Positions 8,379-16,896 of a stretch of DNA of 32,000 nucleotides are shown here, one piece after another (the first letter of the stretch is position 1; every line of letters begins with the position of its first letter). A program made the position numbers and the translations under genes. The stretch is from a virus, in the IMG/VR virus record IMGVR_UViG_3300045988_183639, positions 45,723 through 77,722 of that record. One strand, given 5' to 3'. The notes beneath the pieces are model-generated. The model made no database searches and was not told the origin of the DNA. It was given only the letters and a program-made list of their open reading frames with translations.

Positions 8379-9125
8379 ATGTTTGAAATTTGCAATGACA
8401 AGACCTATTTTCTGGCCGAAACGACCGCCAAGAACAAAACAATCGAAATCACCCTCGTGAAAGACAGCCACGGTAATCTTCAGAATGAGCACGAGATTAA
8501 GCTTGACCTCTGCCGTGCAGTTCTCGAATTGCAGCGCGGCGGCTATATCGTCACGAAGGTCCGTGCCCTTGACTACGACATCGAGAATGTCGTAGATGTG
8601 TTCCATCTGCCGGAGTTTGAGGAGGCTCGCGAGAACCCGATGCCCGATATTGTATCCGGCGTTATCACCTCGAACTTTGATTCCGGTGCATCGTTCTATC
8701 TGCCGTGCAAGGTGAACAAGAAAACGCGCGAGGTGTTTGCTATAGAAGTTCCTGCACAGCCCTGCGACGATGACTCGTTCAGCAACGCAACCGTGAATGT
8801 CGATGGCGTTGACCGCCGTCTGCTCAATCTCAACACCATCGTGAGCGAGTATGACAGCGATGACTACGACGGCGTTCTCGATGCCCTGTATCATGTTCAG
8901 GCAAAGAACGACTACTGGGAGAACGACGGCGAATCTCTGACGGAGCTCATCCACAAATACCGTTGGTATATCCTGAAAGATGCCATGATGCAGCGTGGCC
9001 GCGATGCCGTCACGGATTTCATCGGCACCGACATCAGCAGCAGCGAGTTCAGCCGTGTCCTCGATGAGACGGAAATGGTGATGCCGGACGAAACCTTCGA
9101 GAAATTCTGGGAAAAGTACATCTGA
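8379..9125 (+). CDS. hypothetical protein
   Basis: Long ORF with upstream promoter, leader and RBS. Confidence 0.8.
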   Translation: MFEICNDKTYFLAETTAKNKTIEITLVKDSHGNLQNEHEIKLDLCRAVLELQRGGYIVTKVRALDYDIENVVDVFHLPEFEEARENPMPDIVSGVITSNFDSGASFYLPCKVNKKTREVFAIEVPAQPCDDDSFSNATVNVDGVDRRLLNLNTIVSEYDSDDYDGVLDALYHVQAKNDYWENDGESLTELIHKYRWYILKDAMMQRGRDAVTDFIGTDISSSEFSRVLDETEMVMPDETFEKFWEKYI

Positions 9126-9223
9126 CCAATACCAATGCGGTGGGGCAAGACACTCCACCGCATTTTTTGGCTAAAGTACGCAAACAGAAACAACCGTCCA
9201 AATCATATCTGAAGGAGAACCAC

Positions 9224-9739
9224 ATGAGCATTTCACCGAAAAACGAAGCATCTCAGAACAACACCGCCAAACGCCGCGACTATATCTCGTGGGACGAGTA
9301 TTTCATGGGCATTGCGATGCTGTCAGCGATGCGCAGCAAGGACCCGAACAGTCAGGTAGGCGCATGCATCGTGCGAGACAACAAAATCCTGTCTCTTGGA
9401 TACAACGGTATGCCGATTGGCTGCGACGACGATATCATGCCTTGGGGCAGGGAAGGAAATGAACTCGAAACCAAGTATATGTATGTCTGTCACTCGGAGT
9501 TGAACGCCATCCTCAACGCCGGGAAAGACCTGCACGGGTCCACGATGTATGTCACGCTCTTTCCGTGCAATGAGTGTGCGAAAGCAATCATTCAGAGCGG
9601 GATAAAGCGTATCGTGTACCTTGACGACAAGTACCGGAATGCGAACAACAATGTTGCTGCACGGCACATGTTCAAGATTGCCGGGGTAGAGACTAAGAAA
9701 TACGAGCCCAGTGCCCGCAATATTTCGCTGAATCTGTAA
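9224..9739 (+). CDS. dCMP/cytidine deaminase family protein
   Basis: DPNSQVGACIV..., CHSELNAIL (HAE-like variant), TLFPCNECAKAIIQSGI (PCxxC); gaaggag RBS. Confidence 0.88.
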   Translation: MSISPKNEASQNNTAKRRDYISWDEYFMGIAMLSAMRSKDPNSQVGACIVRDNKILSLGYNGMPIGCDDDIMPWGREGNELETKYMYVCHSELNAILNAGKDLHGSTMYVTLFPCNECAKAIIQSGIKRIVYLDDKYRNANNNVAARHMFKIAGVETKKYEPSARNISLNL

Positions 9740-9793
9740 CCATCATAACCCATAACCGGTCTAAAGACCGCCACAAAAATAAGGAGTAGAACA

Positions 9794-10147
9794 ATGAAAA
9801 TCCATCATACTGTGCTTGGCGTATGCGATACCTACGAAGTCGTAACGGAACCGCCTCTCGGCTATATCATTTGGAATATCGGCGATAATGCACCGGAAGG
9901 CTACCTCCCGTTCTGCAGACTCAAATTTATGCAGCCGTTTGAGGGCGGACGCGAAATTGAGCCGGATACCCTGAAAGCCATGAAGTGTGACGGTGCAAGG
10001 GAAATCTTAGCCGCCACCGGACTGGGTGCCGAAACTTCCGCCGAGATGAAGAAGTTCATCAAGAAGCACGAACGCAACCCCCGCAAGAGTTGGGAGTGCG
10101 AAAGAATGCGTGCCGCTATCCCGTATCTTGAGAAAATAGGAATGTGA
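9794..10147 (+). CDS. hypothetical protein
   Basis: ORF with RBS aaggag. Confidence 0.7.
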   Translation: MKIHHTVLGVCDTYEVVTEPPLGYIIWNIGDNAPEGYLPFCRLKFMQPFEGGREIEPDTLKAMKCDGAREILAATGLGAETSAEMKKFIKKHERNPRKSWECERMRAAIPYLEKIGM

Positions 10148-10156
10148 TACCATCGA

Positions 10157-10190
10157 GCCGTCTCCGCATTGGAGGCGGCTTTTCTTTGTT
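10157..10190 (+). terminator. Rho-independent terminator
   Basis: GAGCCGTCTCCGCATTGGAGGCGGCTTTTCTTT. Confidence 0.6.
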
Positions 10191-10230
10191 CATCGGCAGA
10201 TTCCGGCGTCCGCTAATTTCTCTCTCGGTG

Positions 10231-10258
10231 TTGCATAATCGTGCGAACCGGATACAAT
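10231..10258 (+). promoter_or_regulatory. promoter, family 1 (TTGCAT-N6-GCGA-N6-TACAAT)
   Basis: TTGCAT 10231-10236, GCGA 10243-10246, TACAAT 10253-10258. Confidence 0.72.
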
Positions 10259-10295
10259 AGAAAATGACGACACAACGCAAAGAGGTGAGAACATT

Positions 10296-10763
10296 TTGGA
10301 ACAGCTGGAAATAATCATTCCGGGCGGTCAGAAACTCTCCGTCCGTGATTTTGTTGAATGGGAATATAACGGCGGTAAGGCAGATTTTCAGCCGGATGAA
10401 CATTATCCACTGTGGGGGACTGTTCCTATTGAGGATAAGTTGCGATATATTGCAATCAGTGTGTTTGGTGATTTGGCGAGTTACGGAAAATACGATAACC
10501 GAATCGGCGTTACGGACGGTGAATCGGAGCATTACTTCTTCTTCACGGTACAGGGCAAGGATGAAGATATTCTTCTTGCCTTGAATGTCATGCTGAATGT
10601 GATATATACGAGCGCAGAGGGGAAATGCCGCAAGGAAACCGGCACATCTTTCGCGGAACTGCCCCTGATGCAGAGGTTTGATGCCGTCACCCGATACATC
10701 GAAGATGAGTTTGAAACCTGCCTTATGATGCTTTCCGATATCCCATACATGCAGTGGACCTAA
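10296..10763 (+). CDS. hypothetical protein
   Basis: ORF downstream of promoter, TTG start with RBS-like agaggtgag. Confidence 0.7.
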   Translation: MEQLEIIIPGGQKLSVRDFVEWEYNGGKADFQPDEHYPLWGTVPIEDKLRYIAISVFGDLASYGKYDNRIGVTDGESEHYFFFTVQGKDEDILLALNVMLNVIYTSAEGKCRKETGTSFAELPLMQRFDAVTRYIEDEFETCLMMLSDIPYMQWT

Positions 10764-10778
10764 ATTCGCAAAAAGTTG

Positions 10779-10806
10779 TTGCACATTCGTGCGAATTGGG
10801 TAAAAT
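10779..10806 (+). promoter_or_regulatory. promoter, family 1 (TTGCAC-N6-GCGA-N6-TAAAAT)
   Basis: TTGCAC 10779-10784, GCGA 10791-10794, TAAAAT 10801-10806. Confidence 0.72.
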
Positions 10807-10877
10807 GAAAAATGTAAGGTGAATCAGTGGGTGAGTTTTTTGCCCGCATCACGCGAAAAAAAGTGAATACTTATTAT

Positions 10878-10918
10878 AAGAAGCAAGTTCTTTCGGGGAC
10901 TTGCTTCTTTTATTTTGG
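10878..10918 (+). terminator. terminator/attenuator-like hairpin in HTH-gene leader
   Basis: AAGAAGCAAGT (10878-10888) / ACTTGCTTCTT (10899-10909), 11-bp perfect stem, T-rich 3'. Confidence 0.75.
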
Positions 10919-10926
10919 GGGTTTCT

Positions 10927-11127
10927 ATGATGCACAAGAAGTTGCCGGAACGCAACCGTAAAATCACCGATGCACTGCAAAATGGTGCAAAGGTAACGGA
11001 CCTTGCACAGGAGCACGGACTCAGCCCACAAACCGTCTACCATATCGCACAGGCGGAGATGGAGAAGCGGCGGAAAGTGACTTTTACGGAGTCAACAACC
11101 CCGCCTAAACCGGTTCGCCGGTTATAG
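10927..11127 (+). pseudogene. truncated HTH-module protein (5' part of a paralog of the 12987 gene)
   Basis: ERNRKITDALQNGAKVTDLAQEHGLSPQTVYHIAQAEMEKRRKVTFTES closely matches N-term of ORF 12987; homology ends at the omega-RNA-like region. Confidence 0.6.
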
Positions 11128-11455
11128 ACGGGGCTTGCGGGGTAACTCGTAAGCCCAGTTGATTAGCCTCGGTGAACAGCAACTTCGGTTGCTGCGAACT
11201 CCGTTATGCATTTGATGAGCAATCATCTTCATAATATAGGCACCCCGATTATGCTCCACAAGTGTCGGGCTCTGCGGGCAGCGTATGCGTTAGCGGTGCA
11301 AGCCGTTGATACATATTACGTTAAACATCTCTAAGGGTAGGAGAAGTGCGTAAGCTACGCCGAAAGGCTAAAACAATGCATAACATTGGCGAAGTGGACC
11401 ACAGGGCGCAAGCCCTGACTTATAGTTTCATTACTATTTTACGAAAGGAGTATCT
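11099..11455 (+). ncRNA. omega RNA / HEARO-like structured RNA upstream of IscB-like ORF
   Basis: Hairpins CCCCG...AACCGG-TTCG-CCGGTT...CGGGG, GGGCTTGC...GTAAGCCC, CAGCAAC-TTCG-GTTGCTG, GGGC-GCAA-GCCC; ~350 nt non-coding immediately 5' of the ORF. Confidence 0.7.
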
Positions 11456-11458
11456 TGC

Positions 11459-12859
11459 ATGAACACTTGCGTTTGTGTTCTCAGCAACAATGGTGAACGC
11501 TTAATGCCTACCTTCCGTCTCGGCAAGGTACGCCATCTTCTAAAAGACGGAAAAGCAAAAATCGTTAAGCATCACCCCTTTACTATTCAACTGCTGTATG
11601 ACAGCAAAACGAACACTCAGCCCATCGAAATCTGCGAGGATGTAGGTTACAACTATATCGGCATCAGCGTAAAAAGCGAATCTCACGAATACGTATCCGC
11701 TCAGTATGATACGCTGCAAGATGAGAAAGAACATCACGATGACTGTCGCAAGTATCGCCGTACACGCAGAAATAGACTGCGCTACCGTAAACCGCGCTTC
11801 GATAATCGCAAGTGCAGCGAAGGTTGGCTTGCTCCTTCTTTGAAACATAAGAAAGAACTCAACGTCAATGTTGTCAAAATGTATTGTGCGGTAATGCCCA
11901 TTACTCATGCAACTGTTGAGGTTGGTTCCTTTGACACGATGCTGCTGCAAGCAATCCAGAAAGGTGAAGCAAAGCCGGAAGGCGCAGACTACCAGAAAGG
12001 CCCGCACTACAATTTAGCCACGCTGCGCGAGGCAGTATTCTATCGCGACAATTACACTTGCCAAGTTTGTGGACGTTCACCTATGAAAGATGGGGCAATC
12101 TTGCATATGCACCATATGTTCTACTGGAAAGGCAGACACGGCTATCAGCTTGATGAATTGGTTACAGCGTGTGAAAAATGCCATACACCTGCTAACCACC
12201 AAAAAGATGGCAAGCTCTTCGGCTTTGGTGAAGATAAAAAATTTGCCGACCTTTCAGGTGCAGCATTTATGAACGCCGTTCGCTGGCAAATTGTCAATGA
12301 ACTCTATGCTGCTTTTGGCAAGCCGTTTGTCACAATCACTTATGGCGCAATGACAAAAGAAAAGCGTATCGTGCTTCAACTTGAGAAAAGTCACAGCAAC
12401 GATGCGTATGCAATGGGGGAGTTTCATCCGAGCCGCCGTTGTACGTTTGAACATTATGAAAAGGTAAGGCGTAACAATCGCATCCTTGAAAAGTTTTATG
12501 ACTCTCTCTACATTGACATTCGTACAGGAAAGGAAGCTGCCGGAAAAGAACTCTTTAACGGCAGGATTAGCCGCAATCACAAAAAAGATTCGGAAAACCT
12601 GCACAAATACCGTGGTAAAAGAGTATACAAAGGGCACCGCGCTCTATTACGCAAGAAAGTAAACCTCAATCCGGGTGATTTAGTCTCCCTCAACGGAGAA
12701 GTTCTCATTGTACATGGCACTCATACCGATAAAAAGGGTGCTGTAAATGTAGAATTCAAAACACCCGCAAAAAACGGTCGAAAATCCGCAAGCCTTAAAA
12801 AACTTAAAATTGTAAAAGCGGCGGGTTCCATACATCCCGCATGGGAAAAAGTATCTTAA
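11459..12859 (+). CDS. iscB: IscB-like RNA-guided endonuclease (RRXRR, split RuvC, HNH)
   Basis: RLMPTFRLGKVRHLLKDGKAKIVKHHPFTIQL; RuvC-I ICEDVGYNYIGISV; Arg-rich RRTRRNRLRYRKPRFDNR; RuvC-II TVEVGSFDT; HNH CQVCGRS...LHMHHMFY...CEKCHTPANH; RuvC-III HSNDAYAM. Confidence 0.88.
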   Translation: MNTCVCVLSNNGERLMPTFRLGKVRHLLKDGKAKIVKHHPFTIQLLYDSKTNTQPIEICEDVGYNYIGISVKSESHEYVSAQYDTLQDEKEHHDDCRKYRRTRRNRLRYRKPRFDNRKCSEGWLAPSLKHKKELNVNVVKMYCAVMPITHATVEVGSFDTMLLQAIQKGEAKPEGADYQKGPHYNLATLREAVFYRDNYTCQVCGRSPMKDGAILHMHHMFYWKGRHGYQLDELVTACEKCHTPANHQKDGKLFGFGEDKKFADLSGAAFMNAVRWQIVNELYAAFGKPFVTITYGAMTKEKRIVLQLEKSHSNDAYAMGEFHPSRRCTFEHYEKVRRNNRILEKFYDSLYIDIRTGKEAAGKELFNGRISRNHKKDSENLHKYRGKRVYKGHRALLRKKVNLNPGDLVSLNGEVLIVHGTHTDKKGAVNVEFKTPAKNGRKSASLKKLKIVKAAGSIHPAWEKVS

Positions 12860-12986
12860 TCATTTAAAGAAAGGAGTAGCAGGGTATTTGCGTTAACTAA
12901 GTTTACCTCAAATCAACTCTTGGTTAGCGCGTTCCTCACCGCCTAAGTCGCAAACGACTGTAGACGGTGTACCCTGCGCACATAAT

Positions 12987-13496
12987 TTGAAAGAATTGTC
13001 AGAGCGCAACCGTAAAATTACCGATGCACTGCATAGTGGTGTTAAGGTCACGGAGCTTGCAAAGGAATACGGACTCACCCCGCAAAGTATCTATCACATC
13101 GCACAAGCCGAGATGATGAAACGCCGAAAGGCAACTTTTTCGGAATGGAAGAAGAGCCGCAACGATGAGATTCGCAACCAGTATCAGGAAGGCGTTTCCG
13201 CCGAGGAACTGGCAAAAGCTTTTAATCTTAACCGCGCCACGATTTTTCGTATTCTGAAAGGAGGCGGGGATTCCTACCGCCGGCACCTTGACACGAAAAT
13301 CGAGACCTCTACTTCGCGCCGCATTAAAGATTTCAAGCAGGGGTTTGTGGACTGCGCGAAGAAGAACCCCAACACTCCGGTCGAGAACCTTGCTCGGGAA
13401 TACGGTATCAGTCCCTCTTCCGGATTCAAGTATCTTCATGAGGCCGGTATCTATCGCGGAAAAGGTCGGAAGAAGACCACCACTCATAAGGGGTGA
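12987..13496 (+). CDS. multi-HTH-module protein
   Basis: Repeated ~45-aa units ending in HTH (KVTELAKEYGLTPQSIYHIAQAE; SAEELAKAFNLNRATIFRILKGG; PVENLAREYGISPSSGFKYLHEAG); TTG start. Confidence 0.75.
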   Translation: MKELSERNRKITDALHSGVKVTELAKEYGLTPQSIYHIAQAEMMKRRKATFSEWKKSRNDEIRNQYQEGVSAEELAKAFNLNRATIFRILKGGGDSYRRHLDTKIETSTSRRIKDFKQGFVDCAKKNPNTPVENLAREYGISPSSGFKYLHEAGIYRGKGRKKTTTHKG

Positions 13497-13502
13497 ACCA
13501 GT

Positions 13503-13988
13503 ATGGGGAAAAGGAAAGCAACCCGCAGCGAAATCATTGAGCGAAACGAGAAGATTGTCAAAGACTATGAGGACGGGCTATCGTTTGAGCAGTTGTCCGA
13601 GAAATACGGGCTTTGCGTCAGAACCTGCTACCGCGCTCTCGATGAAGAACAACAGGCGCAGCGCATTGCAGAAGAGCAGGACCATACCAATCTGGTCGAT
13701 AAAATCGTGGCGGAGTATCAGAAGAATACAGCTGTCCGCGACATTGCCGAAAAGTACGGCGTTTCCATATCGTATTGTAGTGCTATCGCGGTTCGGGCCG
13801 GAATCAGCAACAAAGAACTCAGTCATCGGCGCATCACCCGCCGTCAACAAAAGCGCAACGATGAAATCTTCGAGAAATACCAGAATGGTATCGACGCCAA
13901 AGACCTCGCTAAGGCATACCATTATTCCTTGCCGGGTATTTACAGTATCATCCGGCGTGTCCGTAAACAGAAATGTAAAAGAGACTGA
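13503..13988 (+). CDS. multi-HTH-module protein
   Basis: SFEQLSEKYGLCVRTCYRALDEE; AVRDIAEKYGVSISYCSAIAVRAG; DAKDLAKAYHYSLPGIYSIIRRV. Confidence 0.8.
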   Translation: MGKRKATRSEIIERNEKIVKDYEDGLSFEQLSEKYGLCVRTCYRALDEEQQAQRIAEEQDHTNLVDKIVAEYQKNTAVRDIAEKYGVSISYCSAIAVRAGISNKELSHRRITRRQQKRNDEIFEKYQNGIDAKDLAKAYHYSLPGIYSIIRRVRKQKCKRD

Positions 13989-13992
13989 GTCC

Positions 13993-14026
13993 CTTGCATG
14001 ATGCTGCAGGGGGCTTTTTCTTTTTA
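13993..14026 (+). terminator. terminator-like hairpin between HTH and AAA+ genes
   Basis: TCCCTTGCATGATGCTGCAGGGGGCTTTTTCTTTTT. Confidence 0.55.
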
Positions 14027-14043
14027 TGAGGGAGGAAAATCTA

Positions 14044-14958
14044 GTGAACGATAATGAACAGGCATTGCTTCGGTATGTGGTGGAAGGGGACATTCGGAAA
14101 TCTCAGCAGCAGGCGAAAATCGTGTTGGAGGGGCTTACTGCTGTCAAAGACAAGGCATTCAAGGAAACCTGTCTGCGGACTCTGGCAAGTAAAAGTCCTA
14201 CACTCATCGAACTGCCATATAACCTGCAGGGGCTTTTGGTAGCGGAGGATTCGAGCGCTTTCCGAGAAGACCGGTTCCTTATCCGAGACGACGAGAAAGC
14301 GGTCATAGAAAAGATGTGCAAGACGCGCCGTGCTGCGCTGCGGTTGCAGGAGATGGGGATTCACTATACGAGTTCTCTTTTACTCATGGGCGAGCCGGGA
14401 ACCGGAAAGACTGAGTTGGCGCGGTATATCGCTTATACGACAAACCTTCCTTTCGTGTACACGAATTTCTCCGGTCTGGCGAATTCCGCTCTGGGCAAAA
14501 CACAGAAAAATATCGGTATGATATTCGACTATGCGAGAAAAAGTCCGTGCGTGCTCTGCCTCGATGAGATTGACGCTATCGGGACACGGCGCGGCGGCAA
14601 GGACGATGTTGCGGAGATGAACCGTGTGACGATTGCCCTGATGCAGGAACTTGACAGACTCGGCAACGACATCATCCTTATCGGGACCACGAACCGTCCC
14701 GATACTCTGGACGACGCTCTGTTCCGGCGTTTCACCTTTGGGCATACGGTAAGACCTCTGTGCCGGGACGATGCGCGTACCCTCGCAAGGCTGTTCTTTG
14801 CATCAGTAGGGTATTCGGCATCCGAAACGGAAATTGAATCGCTGCTCAATGACACTTCACAGTATTATACCGCAAGCAAAATCACGAATCTTTGCATCGA
14901 CCATATCATCGACTGGGTAGCAAATCAGGAGGATACACCATGCATCGGAAAAGTTTGA
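14044..14958 (+). CDS. AAA+ ATPase
   Basis: Walker A LLMGEPGTGKTELARYIA, Walker B CVLCLDEIDAIGTRR, sensor IILIGTTNRPDTLDDALFRRF. Confidence 0.88.
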   Translation: MNDNEQALLRYVVEGDIRKSQQQAKIVLEGLTAVKDKAFKETCLRTLASKSPTLIELPYNLQGLLVAEDSSAFREDRFLIRDDEKAVIEKMCKTRRAALRLQEMGIHYTSSLLLMGEPGTGKTELARYIAYTTNLPFVYTNFSGLANSALGKTQKNIGMIFDYARKSPCVLCLDEIDAIGTRRGGKDDVAEMNRVTIALMQELDRLGNDIILIGTTNRPDTLDDALFRRFTFGHTVRPLCRDDARTLARLFFASVGYSASETEIESLLNDTSQYYTASKITNLCIDHIIDWVANQEDTPCIGKV

Positions 14959-16124
14959 CCGGAGAAGCAAAGCTGAACCGCGATAAGGCAATGCTGAACG
15001 ATTATGTCGCCGGTATGCACATCGCGGAATTGGCTGAGAAATACGGTATCGGCTGCACGAATGTTAAGAAATCCCTTGAAGTGTTAGAGGGTTTTGATGC
15101 TGTGCGCCGCAATGACCGCAAAAGCCCGAATCGGAAACCCAACAATCAGAAACGATTGTCGAAAGCCGACATGGAGCAGCGGAATATTGAGATTGCGCAA
15201 GACTACAAAAACGGGGCCTGGACCTTTGAAATCGCTGAGAAATACAATCTCTCTGGACAACAGGTCTATCATATCCTGCGCAGAAGCCCTGATTATACCC
15301 CGCACAAAGAGAATATCGGGTCAGCTGTACAGTTCAAGAAACGCCAGCGCAATGCTGAAATCGTTGCGGATGTCAGGGCAAATCCGTACATGACTGTCGG
15401 AGAAATCATGGACAAGTATGGGTTATCGGAATCCACCACCTATCAGGTATTTCGAGAAGCAGGGCATCCGATTTCTGGTGGTCTTGTCCGTTTCGGTCCT
15501 GAACCGCCCATGAACATCCCGGAATTCAAGCACAGCCCGAAAGTATTGGGGCTACAGCGTGAAGCCTTGGAAGACACCAAGACCCAGGAGGAAGTCGAAG
15601 CGCGGAACAACGATATCCTGAAAGACTACAAAGCGGGTGTCAAGGTAGAGAATATCGCAGTACGGTACAATGTCACGCCGCGATTCATTGCGGGGCTTAT
15701 CCAGAAATACCGGGCACATCATCCCCTCTACCGCAAGAACCTGCGCGGCAACGCTAAAATGAAGAAGAAGCTGCCGGAAGAAGTCTGCGAGGGGATTGCG
15801 GTAGAATACCAGAACGGGAAAAGCGTCTCCGACATTGCTAAAGACCATAAGATTGCCGTGGGTCAGACCTATAAGATTCTGCATGACTACGGAAAGCTTT
15901 CTGAATCACTGGCAGAAGCCGAAACCCGTAAAGCCGCGCAAAGCCGTTCTCCTATCACGGATAATGTAAAAGCCCGAAACCGGGAATTTGCGGAATTTGC
16001 ACGGATGAATACCGGCAAAAATCTGCGTGACCTTGCGGATATATACGGTATCTCCTACAGCACAGCTGTAAATATCGCAAAGTCCGAAAACATCCATAAA
16101 CGGGCGGGGGTAGTTGTACCGTGA
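14940..16124 (+). CDS. large multi-HTH-module protein
   Basis: Repeated HIAELAEKYGIGCTNVKKSLE, WTFEIAEKYNLSGQQVYHILR, TVGEIMDKYGLSESTTYQVFREAG, KVENIAVRYNVTPRFIAGLIQ, SVSDIAKDHKIAVGQTYKILHDYG, NLRDLADIYGISYSTAVNIAKSE. Confidence 0.82.
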   Translation: MHRKSLTGEAKLNRDKAMLNDYVAGMHIAELAEKYGIGCTNVKKSLEVLEGFDAVRRNDRKSPNRKPNNQKRLSKADMEQRNIEIAQDYKNGAWTFEIAEKYNLSGQQVYHILRRSPDYTPHKENIGSAVQFKKRQRNAEIVADVRANPYMTVGEIMDKYGLSESTTYQVFREAGHPISGGLVRFGPEPPMNIPEFKHSPKVLGLQREALEDTKTQEEVEARNNDILKDYKAGVKVENIAVRYNVTPRFIAGLIQKYRAHHPLYRKNLRGNAKMKKKLPEEVCEGIAVEYQNGKSVSDIAKDHKIAVGQTYKILHDYGKLSESLAEAETRKAAQSRSPITDNVKARNREFAEFARMNTGKNLRDLADIYGISYSTAVNIAKSENIHKRAGVVVP

Positions 16125-16858
16125 AGGATTTCGAGTGGCGGTATCGCAGGCATCGTGGCACGGTAGCAGAGGAATGTCCCCGCGTTGCTGCTATGTGGCA
16201 TCCAACAGCCAATTCTGTATCACCGGAGGAAGTCACCTGCGGCAGCAATCGCAGAATCGCTCTTATCTGCCCGAAATGCGGATACGGAAAGAACGGCGAA
16301 TGGCGTCCCTCTATCGCCGGTGCCTGTCGAACAGGCGGCGGATGCCCGGCGTGTTCCGGAAAAGTCCTTGTCGAAGGCGTCAATGATGTAGCTACCGTAC
16401 ATCCCGAAATCGCTGCACAGTGGCATCCGACACTTAATGAGTTCCCGCCCACGCGAGTGACTTCCGGAAGCGCAAAGCATGTATACCTTGTCTGCAAGGA
16501 TTGCGGGTACGGCGCAAACGGAGAATGGCATCCGATGATTGCTTTTGCCTGCGGGTCCGGGGAAGTACATACCGGATGTCCAGAATGCGCCAGAAATTCA
16601 CTGAGAAAGGTCATGAGAGCCCACTACGCCAAAACAGCAAGGAAACCTGTAGTATCAGTTGCATGCCCTCAAATCGCCGCTTTGTGGCACCCTGACAATG
16701 AATTCGGCCCCGACATGTATACGACCGGCAGCTGCAAAAATATCCCGCTCGTATGCCCCGTATGCGGGTACGGCAAAGAAAAAGACTGGACGCCTTCGAT
16801 TGCTGACGTTTGCCGGAAAGGCGCAAAGTGCCCGTTTTGCGGAAACACTGTGAGGTAA
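16121..16858 (+). CDS. protein with three tandem treble-clef/zinc-ribbon repeats (DUF4379-like)
   Basis: Three units of AAxWHPxxN...S...LxCPxCGYGKxxEWxPSIAxxCRxGxxCPxC. Confidence 0.75.
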   Translation: MKDFEWRYRRHRGTVAEECPRVAAMWHPTANSVSPEEVTCGSNRRIALICPKCGYGKNGEWRPSIAGACRTGGGCPACSGKVLVEGVNDVATVHPEIAAQWHPTLNEFPPTRVTSGSAKHVYLVCKDCGYGANGEWHPMIAFACGSGEVHTGCPECARNSLRKVMRAHYAKTARKPVVSVACPQIAALWHPDNEFGPDMYTTGSCKNIPLVCPVCGYGKEKDWTPSIADVCRKGAKCPFCGNTVR

Positions 16859-16896
16859 TACCCTTGTACAGACAGAAAAACAAGACTCCCTATAAC

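Larger units (their letters stand above)
11093..12975 (+). mobile_element. IscB/omega-RNA (HEARO-type) element, approximate bounds
   Basis: Structured non-coding region, RRXRR/RuvC/HNH ORF, and related hairpins near both ends (CCGCCTAA...TAGACGG). Confidence 0.6.

Noticed and set aside
8184-9158. 324-aa antisense ORF
   Set aside because: Overlaps a well-supported + strand gene and its conserved promoter/leader.
12987-16124. Calling the HTH-module/AAA+ cluster a defence system
   Set aside because: No effector domain is evident in these ORFs themselves; kept only as a finding to test.
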